A DNA stretch of 63,937 nucleotides, counting the filler, from Folioceros fuciformis (Eukaryota), in the NCBI GenBank assembly GCA_049999805.1. It is 4 parts of 3 records of this genome, joined end to end, with 100 filler letters (N's around TTAATTAATTAA, not from the genome) between each part and the next. Parts side by side here need not be neighbours in the genome. Positions count along the whole stretch, not along the records: positions 1 to 29,184 come from JBNGIO010006328.1; positions 29,285 to 54,526 come from JBNGIO010006328.1; 2 more parts are not named here. One strand, given 5' to 3'. Numbering within the stretch: position 1 is the first letter of the stretch; every line of letters begins with the position of its first letter. The notes under the pieces were generated by a model. It searched no databases. It was not told the DNA's origin and saw nothing but the letters and a program-made list of their open reading frames with translations. Shown here one piece after another: positions 25,053 to 36,900 of this stretch. Made by a program: the position numbers and the translations under genes.

Positions 25053-25286
25053 CTAGCCCATGAACACCTTCCACAGAATGGTGACAAAGTTGACAATAAC
25101 CAGAGGCACTCGGAGGTATTGCACAGCGTGCACAAACCCGATGATCTGCCCTTTCACGGTCTTCTTGCCGCCGACCGTTGCCTCGGCAAGGCCCCAACCA
25201 TTTGGAGACAGAAACCGATCCTCGTTCAGTATTGCCAGGGCATTCAATATGAGCAGCACGCCTTCCATCAAACGCCACACGCCCAT
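25053..25286 (-). CDS. YOS1: Yos1/IER3IP1-like ER-Golgi transport membrane protein, 77 aa, intronless
   Basis: MGVWRLMEGVLLILNALAILNEDRFLSPNGW...KGQIIGFVHAVQYLRVPLVIVN; the NALAILNEDRFL signature and two TM segments. Confidence 0.92.
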   Translation of the reverse strand: MGVWRLMEGVLLILNALAILNEDRFLSPNGWGLAEATVGGKKTVKGQIIGFVHAVQYLRVPLVIVNFVTILWKVFMG

Positions 25287-25496
25287 ACTTTCTCCCCAGC
25301 CTCCTCTCCGGCTGCACGAGTCACCGTAACTCTGCGACAACAGAACGCAGGAAACCTAAGATTCCGTCGCAAGCCTTTATATTGCCTGGTTCCGTCTCTT
25401 AGTTGCCTTTACCAGACAGCACCTTTGTACTAATGTAACTTTCACAACGAACCGTTTATATTTTGCGGGCCTACTTGTCGGACCTGGCGGCTAACA

Positions 25497-26379
25497 ATGG
25501 CTGCGCACCAGATCGATGACACGGCGACGCGGTTGTATCGCATCCGGAAAACTGTGATGCAGATGCTCAAGGACCGCGAGTATCTGGTGGCCGACTTCGA
25601 GCTGAGCATGACTAAGGAGCAGTTTCGGGAGAAATATGGGGACGAACCTAAGCGCGATGACATGGTCATCAGCAAGGCCCGCCGCTCTAACAACAAGGAG
25701 CTGGTATGAATTCGATTCTCTTTGGTGCGCAATTGCTGGTCAGGTTCCTCCTGCAGACTGAGCTTGATTTCTGTTTGTGACAGATTTTTGTCTTCTTCCC
25801 GGAGGAAGCCAAGGTTGGAGTGAAAACTATCAAGACCTACGCGGAGCGTATGAAGGCCGAGAACGTGCACAGGGCTATTCTCGTGGTCCAGCAAAATCTT
25901 ACTCCTTTCGCCAAGCAATGCTTGTCGGAGATGTCCGGGAAGTATCATCTTGAGGTGTTTCAGGTAAATTGAATTGGAGGAGAGCATTGCGTTTGTTTTG
26001 TGGTTTCATGCTTCTTCCTTCTTCTAAGAGTTTGTCCTGAGATTGAGTTGCTCTCAGGAAGCCGAGCTGCTCGTGAACATAAAGGAGCATGTGCTGGTGC
26101 CTGAGCATCAGATTCTCACCCCTGAGGAGAAAAAAACCCTTCTGGAGCGCTATACCGTGAAGGACACTCAGGTATGCACAGCTGTTTGGAGGCCAGGGCT
26201 CTTTCCGACTCGTCAACTACTTGCTTTCCTGAGCTCCTTGCCTGGTTGCGCAGCTGCCGAGGATGCAGGAGAACGATCCAGTTTCCAGATATTATGGTCT
26301 CAAGCGTGGCCAAGTGGTGAAGATCATCCGCCCTAGTGAGACGGCCGGGCGGTATGTGACTTATCGGTTCGTGGTCTGA
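25497..26379 (+). CDS. RPB5: RNA polymerase common subunit RPB5, 4 exons
   Basis: [92 protein letters not shown] ends at 26379. Confidence 0.96.
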
Positions 26380-28037
26380 GCCTACCTACTTTGGCACGTG
26401 CTACAGGGTTGAAGACGGCTCCGTTTTCATCTTTTTTGTAACGGGGAGACGCCAGAGTGAGTTCTGGCTACGGAGGATCACTTAGGGCTGGCCAGGACTG
26501 GGTTAATAGCAGGGCTGGTGTACAAGACTTTGTAATTGAGCAGTTTATTAACTGTAAGACCACTATAGGGCAGTGATAGTTGGGTTGGACAGCTTGTGGG
26601 TAGCAGCTTCTCGGAATGCCGTGCTTGGATGTCATCCGAAAGGGGGGACATTTTCTTTCCTCCATTTGAAGACGTACGGGGATGAGAGGAGCAAGAGCAG
26701 CTGCCACGGAGGATCCTGGTGAAGCCATGGGATGATGGGGTGTGAATTGGTTCCAGTCCATGCGCGGGCGAAATTTTTCAGACCAAAATTCGCGGCTGAG
26801 CGGTACTTTTCAGATCCAAATGCCTTCAATTTGAGACCTTTTTGCTACAAATCTCTTCGTTCCACCTCTGATCTTAGCCGAGCTTCTCCATCGTGTACAA
26901 AAGAGACTAGAAGAGTTCTTTTTCATTATTTTTACAAGGGGAATCATGGGGCATACACCGTAAGCGGCTGCGACCTAAACCAATTATTTGTCTTATTTAT
27001 TAACCTACATTAATAGCCAAATTAAGTACCAAGCGCGCCCTGGTAGGGGACCATCCACGTCCGTAGCTCGCGAGAAAAGAAAAAAACAAACCAAAATAAC
27101 ATGAAGGAACTCACAAATGAAAACAAAAGGAAACATCTACGTTAAAATAAATTCTGCCTAGTTACCTGTGGGAGCCATGCCCAAAAATCCACTAGCAATA
27201 ATTTCCTTGCATAGAGTGGAAGAAGCAGAAAACTTTCATTAGAGTTCGTTAAGGACATATGTCTACCTAGCTTCTTGTTAGAGCCATTCCCAAAAATCCA
27301 CATGCAGTAATTTCCTTGTGAGAGTACACAACGAAGAAAACATCTATTAGAGTCCACTAAGGACAGATTTCCACCTTGAGACTTGGTACTTAACAACTTA
27401 GACCATGGTATACCTAGCTAGCTACTTGCTCCAAAGGGCATCCTTCCATTTAGGCATCTCATCTAACTACTGAGCTGAGCACAAGATGTTAAATCCCAAG
27501 GTTCTTATAAACTTCTAGAAAAATTCTATGAGAGTCCACCGAGAGCGGTTCTATCATGGGACTTTGTACTTAGCAGCTTTTACCATGGTGTACCTGACTA
27601 CTTGCTGCAGAGGGCATCCTTTCCTTCAGGCATCTCATCTAAGTGATCTAAGAGCAAGATTCTTAATTCCAGAGCTTTTATAAACTTATGACCATTTGGC
27701 CTGCCATTTCGAGCAGCATGGTCATGAAAACGTGAGGACAATAAGTCTTCTTCCTGATTGTGCACAAAGGAGGCAGAAAAGTATGATCCTATCATGTACA
27801 AAAGCAGACAGTCTTGCACAAAAAGGCATGCAACCAAGGATCTAATTTGAAAGCTTTATACGAGTGGTAGCAAGACTTAGCTTAGAGCTCAAGAGATACT
27901 TGCTTTAGGCAGTTACTTTAGAAGTAATATAAGCCTTCATATAAAAGGGCCCTAGGCTGAAAGATCATAGCCTCATCATTTTGGAGCCTAGTGGTACGAT
28001 CAAGGATGCAAGTGAAGTATAAACGACATTTCAGAAT

Positions 28038-28913
28038 ATGCCTGGTATCATTCCAGATTGGCTTGCACCATTGGTGAGTAACATATCACAATATTTTGTT
28101 CCTTCTGAATCATCAAGCTCAGTGAGAAAAAAGCCGATTCTTTGTGGTCGCCATGATAATGACTCTCATGTGAAGTCTAATGGCAAAGACAGATGTCTTC
28201 AAGAATTTTGTATTACTTGTCATGAGGGACCACTTTGCAGCATATGTGTGAAGGAGAATCATAAAGATCATGAAGTACTTCACCTTCGATCAGCTTGTAG
28301 GAAGGCAGCAATTGATTATAAGGAGAATGCAAAAGTTCTAGATACTCAACTTATTGATTTTTCACTCATCGACACTGTTACTTGTAATGGTCTTGAAGTA
28401 TATTTTGTGGTCACCAATAATCAAGATGCTCACCCTAAAGGCAAGCCTCACTTATGCAAATTTTGCATGAGAACACTACCAAAGCAATATATCGATCAGC
28501 CAGCTTGGTTTTGTTCAATTTATTGCAAAGCTCAAGCTATTGCAAGTGGAGAGCCTCAATATGCAAATATGACATTGGTAAAAATAATTCCTACTATATC
28601 TGAGACGAAAGATGATAATAATAATCTACGCACAACTTCTTTATCAAGAGAATCACCTAAGCTTAGAACATCCACAACAAAAGATCATGGTCATAATTGC
28701 ATGATTGATGTATTACCGCAATCTGCTCCTACATCCATGACAAAAGGTGATCATATGTGCACACATTTATCACCACGATCACCTTCAATCTCAATGGCAG
28801 AGCCATCTACAAGTGAAAGGGTTGCAATTGAAAATAGATCTTCTAACTCAAAAAGAAGGAAATGTAAACATCCTAATCGAGCAGCAGGAGTTGGGATCCA
28901 ACCATATTATTGA
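28038..28913 (+). CDS. Divergent intronless PLATZ-family zinc-dependent DNA-binding protein
   Basis: PDWLAPLV; C-x2-H...FCITC...LCSIC...H-x2-H; C-x2-C-x-R-x-L...FCSIYCK; C-terminal KRRKCKHPNRA, like the PLATZ RRKGxPxRA motif. Confidence 0.8.
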   Translation: MPGIIPDWLAPLVSNISQYFVPSESSSSVRKKPILCGRHDNDSHVKSNGKDRCLQEFCITCHEGPLCSICVKENHKDHEVLHLRSACRKAAIDYKENAKVLDTQLIDFSLIDTVTCNGLEVYFVVTNNQDAHPKGKPHLCKFCMRTLPKQYIDQPAWFCSIYCKAQAIASGEPQYANMTLVKIIPTISETKDDNNNLRTTSLSRESPKLRTSTTKDHGHNCMIDVLPQSAPTSMTKGDHMCTHLSPRSPSISMAEPSTSERVAIENRSSNSKRRKCKHPNRAAGVGIQPYY

Positions 28914-29595
28914 GTTTATAATATTTAATTATATTCTCAATATTATTTTATTTATTATTTTTATTTTGATAGGATGACTAGGTTCATGCGAAGTGCGGGT
29001 GGAAACAACTTAAGTTGGCATCTAATTTAGAAATGAAGGTAGGCTAGTATTGAAGTTGATTTTAAAATGGATGCAAGCTAGGTTGCTAATCCATTTTACA
29101 ATGGAGGTTAGCTAGGTTGGCAATCTATTTCAAAATGGAGCCATGGTTGGAGGGCTACCAATTCTAAAATGGACACATTCTAAGNNNNNNNNNNNNNNNN
29201 NNNNNNNNNNNNNNNNNNNNNNNNNNNNTTAATTAATTAANNNNNNNNNNNNNNNNNNNNNNNNNNNNNNNNNNNNNNNNNNNNGTCCCATGATTGTGCC
29301 ATAGCGAATGCCTCCACACTACAAGCTGAGCTTCTGCTTTAGAAAGAACGTGAAGTCTCGAGATTTGGTGATTGCTGGGAGAGGACGACTTTAAGCTACG
29401 CAGCCCAATCCGGATAAAGCCCTATTCTGGTCGGACAATTGACGTTGACTTCAGATATTCGGACGCTGTCCCACCTTCTTCGGATTTGCATTGTCTTTCT
29501 GAGTCTTTCGTAGTAGAGAGAACGAGCAACTGTGAAGGTACTCTACAGAGATAGACCAGTTACCTGGTGAAGCAGTAGCCCGATTCTGCCCGATC

Positions 29596-32500
29596 ATGGA
29601 TTCAGAAGATCTGATGGAAAGCTTCCAAGTCGATGAAAGAACGGTGAGCTAAGCACGTGCACACACACTTGCCCTGCTTTGCATTTTGTTTTTTGCAAAT
29701 GCCAATCGATCCCTGTGAGTGCAGCTCTTAATACACGTGCCAAATGAGGAAGAAGCCTTAGCTCGTAAACTAGGACAAGCGGCGCTGGTATCCAATGCTC
29801 TGGAAACCAAGCTAAAACAGTTGGCGAGCAGAGCAATTTCAGCCAAGCAGTCTCGGAGTTGGTCAGAAGCCGTTTTCGGGTATGAGAAGTTTCTGAAAGT
29901 TGTCCGGAGGGAGGGCCAGGGTCTCTCAAATCAGTTGCGTGTTTGGTTGATCACATGGGCGTCAGTGGAGGTTGCTCATCTCAGACACCTGAGGTTCCCC
30001 AGCCATGGTATAGCAATAGACATTTATGATCACCTGCTGTTTTGCTTGGAATCATCAGACAACAGGCACAGTTCGTTTGCAAATGTTGTTAAGGATCTGC
30101 GGAGGATGGTGTTATTTGATTGGGGTCGACACATCATCGTTGGTCCTCGTCAGCTTTTTGGTGTTCAAATGGAGGACTTCAATGTTGTTTGTCTTAGACA
30201 TGGTGAGCACTTCAACCGTGAAGATCCAACACTAATCGACATTTCGAGATTGCTAGCCTTGCAACACCAAGCTTGTGGGCAATACGACAAGGCTTTAGCT
30301 TGGGCTGGCGTCAGCAGGAAGCTGCTTGAGTATTTTTTCGAACGATGTGCTGCACTAAGGCAAGCTGGGTCTGATCTGGACTTCACTGCCGTGTACGAGA
30401 CGTTCTTTCTTGATAAGCTGGTGGACTGCCGCGTCATTCAAGCTGATTTGTTGTCTCGAATAGGAGACTATGAACAGGGTAAAAAGGATCTTCTGGATTT
30501 GAAGGACGAGTTGGATGCGATGGTAGATACTGAGGAATCTCTTGAATTGTCTCAAAGAAAGTTAAATAGTGCTATTCGTCATGTGAACACAGCTCTCGTT
30601 TCTATATACCTCCAGCTCCCTGATGATGCTGAAGTCAGGTCTGCCATCGAATCCCTGGATACGGAGTGCAGGGATCTGTTGGAAATTGTCCCTCCTGCAG
30701 AAAATGATGAAGCCTCCTACATAGCCCAGCAAATTCACAGATCCGATGAGTATCGCAAATCTACCAGGTCAGCAACTGTACTCATTTATGTCGTAGGCTT
30801 ACTTGCATGATTGAAGTTGGCTGGCATTCTCTCCCTAAAGAGGTATTAACCTCTGGACGTTTTGTTGGTTGTGCAGGGTTCAAGAAGCGATTGAATGTCT
30901 GCAAGCTGCTTTCCTCAAGATTAAAGGCAGTAGCGATCACTCTATTCGTCGTAGATATGGGCTTGACAGTGCAAATTTACTGGCTGTTATGTTCGAAGAT
31001 GCAAGCAAGTCCGATGATGCTGTGGAGTGCCTCCAAACTGCCTGCAAATATCGAAAGGAAGCTTGTTACTTTGCAAGTGAAAGAGGAAACTTGTATGAGA
31101 TAGCAGATGCCTGTTTTAAATTGGGCAGAATATTATCCTGCCTACTCGAACACCGAGTTGACAAGCAAGACAAGTCACTTATCCCAGTGCAGGTTGCGAC
31201 ATGGCTGAAAGGTACAGGTTTGTTTCTCATTCCAAGGTTTTGCAGTAAGGCTTGACCTTAACCGTCCAAATCTATTCTGGTATCAGCTCCTTGCTGATCA
31301 CGCGCATTCTCAGCAGATGCACCAAAAATGTCTGCGCCTGCACTCCTACTCCAAGATGAATTGGATTGGCTTTCAGCATGGATATCAGCAGCCTCGTTCT
31401 ACAGGTTATCAGCCTCGTTGTATTCTGAGGTTCTTTATAATATAAGGGATAGGAGCACCTCTTGGATGAAAGTGATGAACCATAGCCAGCACAGGCAACA
31501 ATATCTTTCCTTGCAGGTCATGATGGGCATTATGTTAAAACACCTTGATGAAGTTATACATCGTGATCTTGTTGGCGAAATAAGCAAGATGGGACTGCTG
31601 TGGGCTGAGAGAGGGCGAACTAGAACATTGGTTTACCAGCTGGGGCCAGGATGGTTATATAATCTAGCACCCACTGCAACGATGGGCGAGTATCTCGAGT
31701 TTGATTTACAAGACCAGGTAGAGACCTCATGACCACATGTTTGCATGCCAGCAGACATGACGATCAGGTCATTAGTAGCATGTCTTTGATTTCCGTGACT
31801 TCACTAAGCCGCTCTGATTCAGGTGGCATGGATTGCCTTAAGAGAGGGCCAAAGTGCATGTGGTGCTGGAGCGGTGTTCATTGAGTATACGCTCAGCAAG
31901 ACTGCAATTATTGCCTATGCGGTCACCAAGGTGAGAGTGCTGGAGCGGTTATTGTTATATGCAACCGACGAAGCTGTGCAAAAGTTTGTCTGCTTACATA
32001 ACCACCATTGCTGAGTGATTTTCCTCGATCAGGATGGGAATGCCAGTATGCATATAGTCCCAACACCGGGGAAGGAGGGTGAGCCCTTGGAGCAACTTCT
32101 AGATACTCTGATGGCTGCAATGTCCAATGAAAAGGATTATCACGAACCACAGGTTCTGCGTCAACTGGAGGTTTTATATGCTCTCTTCCTCGGCCCCTTC
32201 GCCAACGTGCTTGCTGACATGGAAGTAGCCGACAAGCTGGTGTTTTGTCCCCACGAGGTATATGCTCCTCCCTTCAATAATCGCCTGGTGAGGAGCGTGT
32301 TTGGTAGCATAGATGGAGGAAGATATCGCAGTGTAAAAAAATTGTCTAGCGGTAGAGACTGCCTTGAGCTATCTTAGCACAGTACCATCGCACCCAATCA
32401 GAAGCAGGCTCCAGTGACAACCGGTCGGGGTTTTGATTCAGGAAATTGCTCGTGTCCCATTTGCTCTCCTTCGCAATCCTGAAACCAAGAGGTTTCTTTT

Positions 32501-33626
32501 TGAAGAGCACACAGTATCGCTTACTCCATCCCTTCGGGTCCTTTACAGTTGCCATGGTCGGCATTCATACTTGAGAAGTCTGGGCACAGACTCTGTTTCT
32601 GGCAAACTGGCGGTGGCAATCGGAGACCCAGCCTATGAAAGGAAACGCATAGAGAAAACACTGCTGGAGGTGAAGGCACTGGAATCGTTGTTTGGGGACC
32701 AATGTGCCAGTCTTACGGGCACAGATGCGACAGTGGAGAGGTTCTTACAGCTCGTCGAGCAGCCATCACTGGGCGCAACGACACCCTACCATGGAGTCAT
32801 TCACCTGGCTGTGCATGGTCATGTGAATAGTAGTTTCAAGCAAGGAGCTTTACAATTTGCGGCTCCTCAACCAGCTTCAGAGGATGGACAGCAAAAAAAT
32901 TTTGGGGGTCCTATACGACCTGCAACCGCCCAGCCACAGGATGGCACCTCTACGCTTGCTCCACCGGTTTCAGTCGATGCATATGGACACAACGGTTTTC
33001 ATAGAGGTCCTATTGAAGGTGAAACCTCCCAGCTACAGGATGGCACCTTTGCAGAAGTTGGTCATCTGGTCAGGAGGGGGAGAGGAGGAACCTATGCTAA
33101 GAAGACATATCTCCGATCAGAGGACATCACCAACTGCGGATTTGACTGGCGTGCCTTCATGGTTGTGCTGAGTGCCTGCAATACGTCGCAAGGAGAGGTA
33201 TTTTGCTAGCCATTGTGAAGCTTTGGAAGGGTTTTGAGCTTGCTACTGGCATCACTAGGAAACTGCATTCTGCAGCCAGCTTACTTTTGGTCAGGCAGCT
33301 TAATTGCTGGTGGCCTTGCGCAGGTACTTGCAGAGGGAATACTAAACATGCCTCGTGCATTGACAACAGTCGGAGTACCTTGTACGGTCATGTCACAGTG
33401 GAAGTGCGTTGATGAGTCCACTGCGGAGCTCATGGTTCAGTTTTATGGGAATATGAAGGCAGGGGATGACGCAGCAACAGCATTACGAAGGTCTATGCTT
33501 TTGTTGCTGGACAACAAGAGGAAGGAGGAAATCCTCGAAATATATCGATGGGGTGCTTTCATCCTGTGGGGCCTGCCAACAGTTCGACTACCTGCCGCTA
33601 TGCTTCATGAAAACGTCGATAGTTGA
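29596..33626 (+). CDS. TPR-like helical / CHAT-domain (caspase-related clan CD) protease, ~1072 aa; exons 29596-29643, 29725-30767, 30877-31211, 31317-31717, 31823-31930, 32033-32257, 32442-33197, 33324-33626
   Basis: All 7 GT-AG introns keep frame. LLWAERGRTRTL, LVFCPHE|EIARVPFALL, SLTPSLRVL, VAIGDP, IHLAVHG, VVLSACNT, EGILNMPRAL, SQWKCVDEST, WGAFILWG. More 5' exons may lie upstream or in the gap at 29185-29284. Confidence 0.88.
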
Positions 33627-33791
33627 TTAAACAGAGTAGAGCTCTATCTTAGGGTTTTTCCGATTTCATAAGACGGCTCTCATGAGAATCGTCATCAACA
33701 TGCAGAACATACCATGGATGCCACAAGCCTTAGAACTTGCAGTAAAGTAGTCAAGCTTGTAGGTGTATGAGCTCCAACCTCCCACTTAGTC

Positions 33792-33904
33792 ATATCGCTT
33801 GGGTTCTTTCAGCCTGTAGGGCCTGCCAACAGTTCGACTTGCTGCAGCTAGGTTTCATGAAAACGTCCATAGTCCATTAACCAGAGTTGAGTTCTATCTT
33901 AGGA
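33792..33904 (+). pseudogene. Diverged duplicate of the 3' end of the CHAT gene
   Basis: gggcctgccaacagttcgact...ttcatgaaaacgtc...ctatcttagg repeats ~33541-33653. Confidence 0.8.
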
Positions 33905-36900
33905 CCCTCACGCACTGAGTTATCGGTGGGAATCACGAACCTGCCAGCAAGGCGTTTTGGTACCAAAATCATGTGACAGGTTATTGCGGTTTTGAGCTCT
34001 AAATCTAGGACCTTTCCACACTGAGCGTTGGGATGAGCGTAGTTTTCAGCCACGTAGGCAGTTTCCGCGTTTTTGGGTTCGGCCCGTTTTCTACGCAATC
34101 CCTAATAATTGTGCCAAAACACATGTGTCTGAGCGGGCAAAGATGCAATCCTCGACGTACACAGCAAGGATGCAGAAGGCAGAGCCATCAGTCAAACAAT
34201 AAACAAATGAGTCTGCTGTACTTTGCACAAACCCTAATGCCTTGAGTTCTTCATTTAATTTCTGATTCCATCGCACAGCACTCTGTTTGAGCCCGTACAG
34301 GGCTTTAAGCAATTTAAGTACCTTTTGAGGGTAGCGTTTATCCACATATCCCTGTGGTTATTCCATATAAATGTCCTCTTGAATCTCGCCGTGTAGAAAA
34401 GCTGTGCACACATCCATTTGATGTAATTCAAGGTTTTGTTCAGCCGAAATTGCTAGCAGCACCCTAATAGATTGTGCTTTGACTACAGGGGAAAACGTCT
34501 CTTGACAGTCCAAGCTAGGGACTTGAGTGAAGTTGTGGGCATAGAGGCGGGCCTTATACCTGGCAATTTCACCTTCTGCATTTAGTTTGGTCTTAAAGAC
34601 CCATTTACATGTAACAGCCTTCCTACCAGGTGGCAAGTCTGTAAGTAACCAAGTTTTATTCTTTAGGATGGACTGATATTCCTCCTCTACTGTAGCTTGC
34701 CAATGGTGTGCATCAAGACCTGTATATGCTTCATCCATGGAAACAAGGTCGAGGAGGAGAGGTGAACTGCCAGAAGTGGCAAAATGGGCATAGTGCCGAA
34801 AATCTAGAGAAGCGTATGGGGGTTCTATCCACTAAGAAGGGGGTGGCCGTGCTCGAGCGGGACTACGTCTTGGTGCTGAGATCATAGGAGGGAGTGGAAG
34901 ATCCTCCTCTACTTCTGACAAGTCTGGATCAGGGTCAGGAAGAGAAAGAGGTTCTATCACTGAGTCAGGCACAGGATCTTGGGTATTGTCTAAGGGATCC
35001 AGATGAGGATCAGCAAGAGGATCTAGGTCATCTGGATGCGGATCAAGATATATAGGTTGCTGCACTGTTATCTAAGGAGGGAGTTGTTCAGTAGGAGTAG
35101 AAACTGCATTGGGTTGAGTCGCAAGAGTTCCTTGTGGAAACTAAACTGGGTGAGTGTCAAAGCCAGCCTGGTATGAGGTGGTATCCTTATCCTTAGATGT
35201 GTCAGAATCAACATGTATTCCAAATGTAATAGAGGATCCTGTATCGACAAGCTCTTTCAAAACGACACTACGAGCTAAGACTGGAGCAAAGGTTAGAGGA
35301 TTAATTAATTTGTATGCTTGTGCCTCTTCACTATAGCCTATAAAAAGGAGGGCTCTAGATCTATTATCTAACTTTTGACGTTTAGCTTGTGGGATGTAGG
35401 CAAAGGCAGGAGATCCAAAAACTCTGAAGTGCAGGATACTGGGCTTGCAACCCCAGAACAGTTGAAAGGGAGTCTTGTCCGCTAAGGAGGTAGTGAGCAG
35501 CCAATTGAGGATATACATTGAAGTAACCACTGCCTCAGCCCAATACTCTTCAGTTAAGTTTGCCCAGTTCAGCATACTTCTGGTCATGCCCATGAGGATC
35601 TGATTCTTACGCTCGGCCACATTGTTCTGTTGTGGGGTGTATGGCACTGTGAGCTGGCGTATGATCCTACGCTCCTGTAGGCACTGGTCAAACAATTTGT
35701 TGCAGAACTCCGTGCCATTGTCTGAACGGATGCACTTGAGAGTATGACCAGACTGTCTTTGTGCCATTGGTAACCACTCCTAGAAATAGGTAAGTGTATC
35801 ACTTTTCTTTGTCATTGGATAGGTCCATGTATAACGACTAAAATCGTCGGTGATGGTCAGATAGTAGGATGAGCCACCAATGGACTTAACCTGCAACTTG
35901 CCAGAGATGTCAGCATGAATTAGATCAAGAACTATGGGAGTACGGAAACCAGCATGTGGAAAGGGTTTCTCCCGTTGTTTGGCGAGCAGGTAGGCCTCAC
36001 ATATGGGTAAATCCTTGAAACAAGATGGAAGTGGTTCAACATAGCAGTTTGCAGTTGACATCTTAATTAATGAATTTTTGTTGACATGGCCGAGTTAGGC
36101 ATGCCACAACTTGGCTTGTTCAGTTGTAGATAAGTGTACGGGTGTGGTTGATGTAGCAACAGGAGTTGGTGTTACTTCACATGGTACATCCAGACGACAA
36201 AGATCAGAATCAGGTATTCCTCGACCAATACATTGTGTGTTAGAAGCTCGTCTGAATATTTCACAAGTGGTGTCAAAAAACCAAAACTCCAGGTTGTAAT
36301 AGGAAGCGAGAAGTCTCACAAAGAGGAGATTCTTCGCCATGCCTGGTACGTACAAGATTCCTGGCACATGCAGACTGAATTGTCAGTCATCAAAAATCGA
36401 CAAGTACCATAGCCTTTGATGGGCAAGCTCGTGGATTGCTTTTCATCCCCAAGCAAGACAGCTTGTTTGGAGTTGGACATATCCTTATAGGAGCTGAATA
36501 GTTCTTTGTCTTTGCAGATATGGGTGGTAGCACCAGAGTCTAAGTACCAATTGCCAAGATCACTTGAAGAGGAAGAAAGACATATGGTGTATATCTTCAC
36601 CACAGCCTTGCCTCCTTCAGTCGAAGATCTCTCCTTAGTAACTGAATTGGCCTCTGGCCTCTAGTTTGGGACGACGAGGCTTGCCAGCCTTCTTACGTCG
36701 GCAGTCCCTCTCCCAATGGCTTGGTGTGTTGCACCAGTTGCAGCTACTAGGCTTCTTTGAAGTCAATGAAGATGCTCCAGTAGTGGAGGTTTGTTGTTGT
36801 CGACCTTGAAATGGAGGTCTTCTCCCTCTACCTCGCCCTCTCCCGTAACCTCCATGCTGAGATGAGGTATATAGATCTCGGTCAATTCAAATTTTGCCAG

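Noticed and set aside
1113-26379. UvrD, XRCC2 and RPB5 as a functional DNA-repair cluster
   Set aside because: Interspersed with unrelated genes and probably acting in different compartments; chance proximity suffices.
29229-29240. TTAATTAATTAA palindrome inside N runs (also 54571-54582 and 61980-61991)
   Set aside because: Identical all-frame stop linker inserted at scaffold gaps; an assembly artefact.
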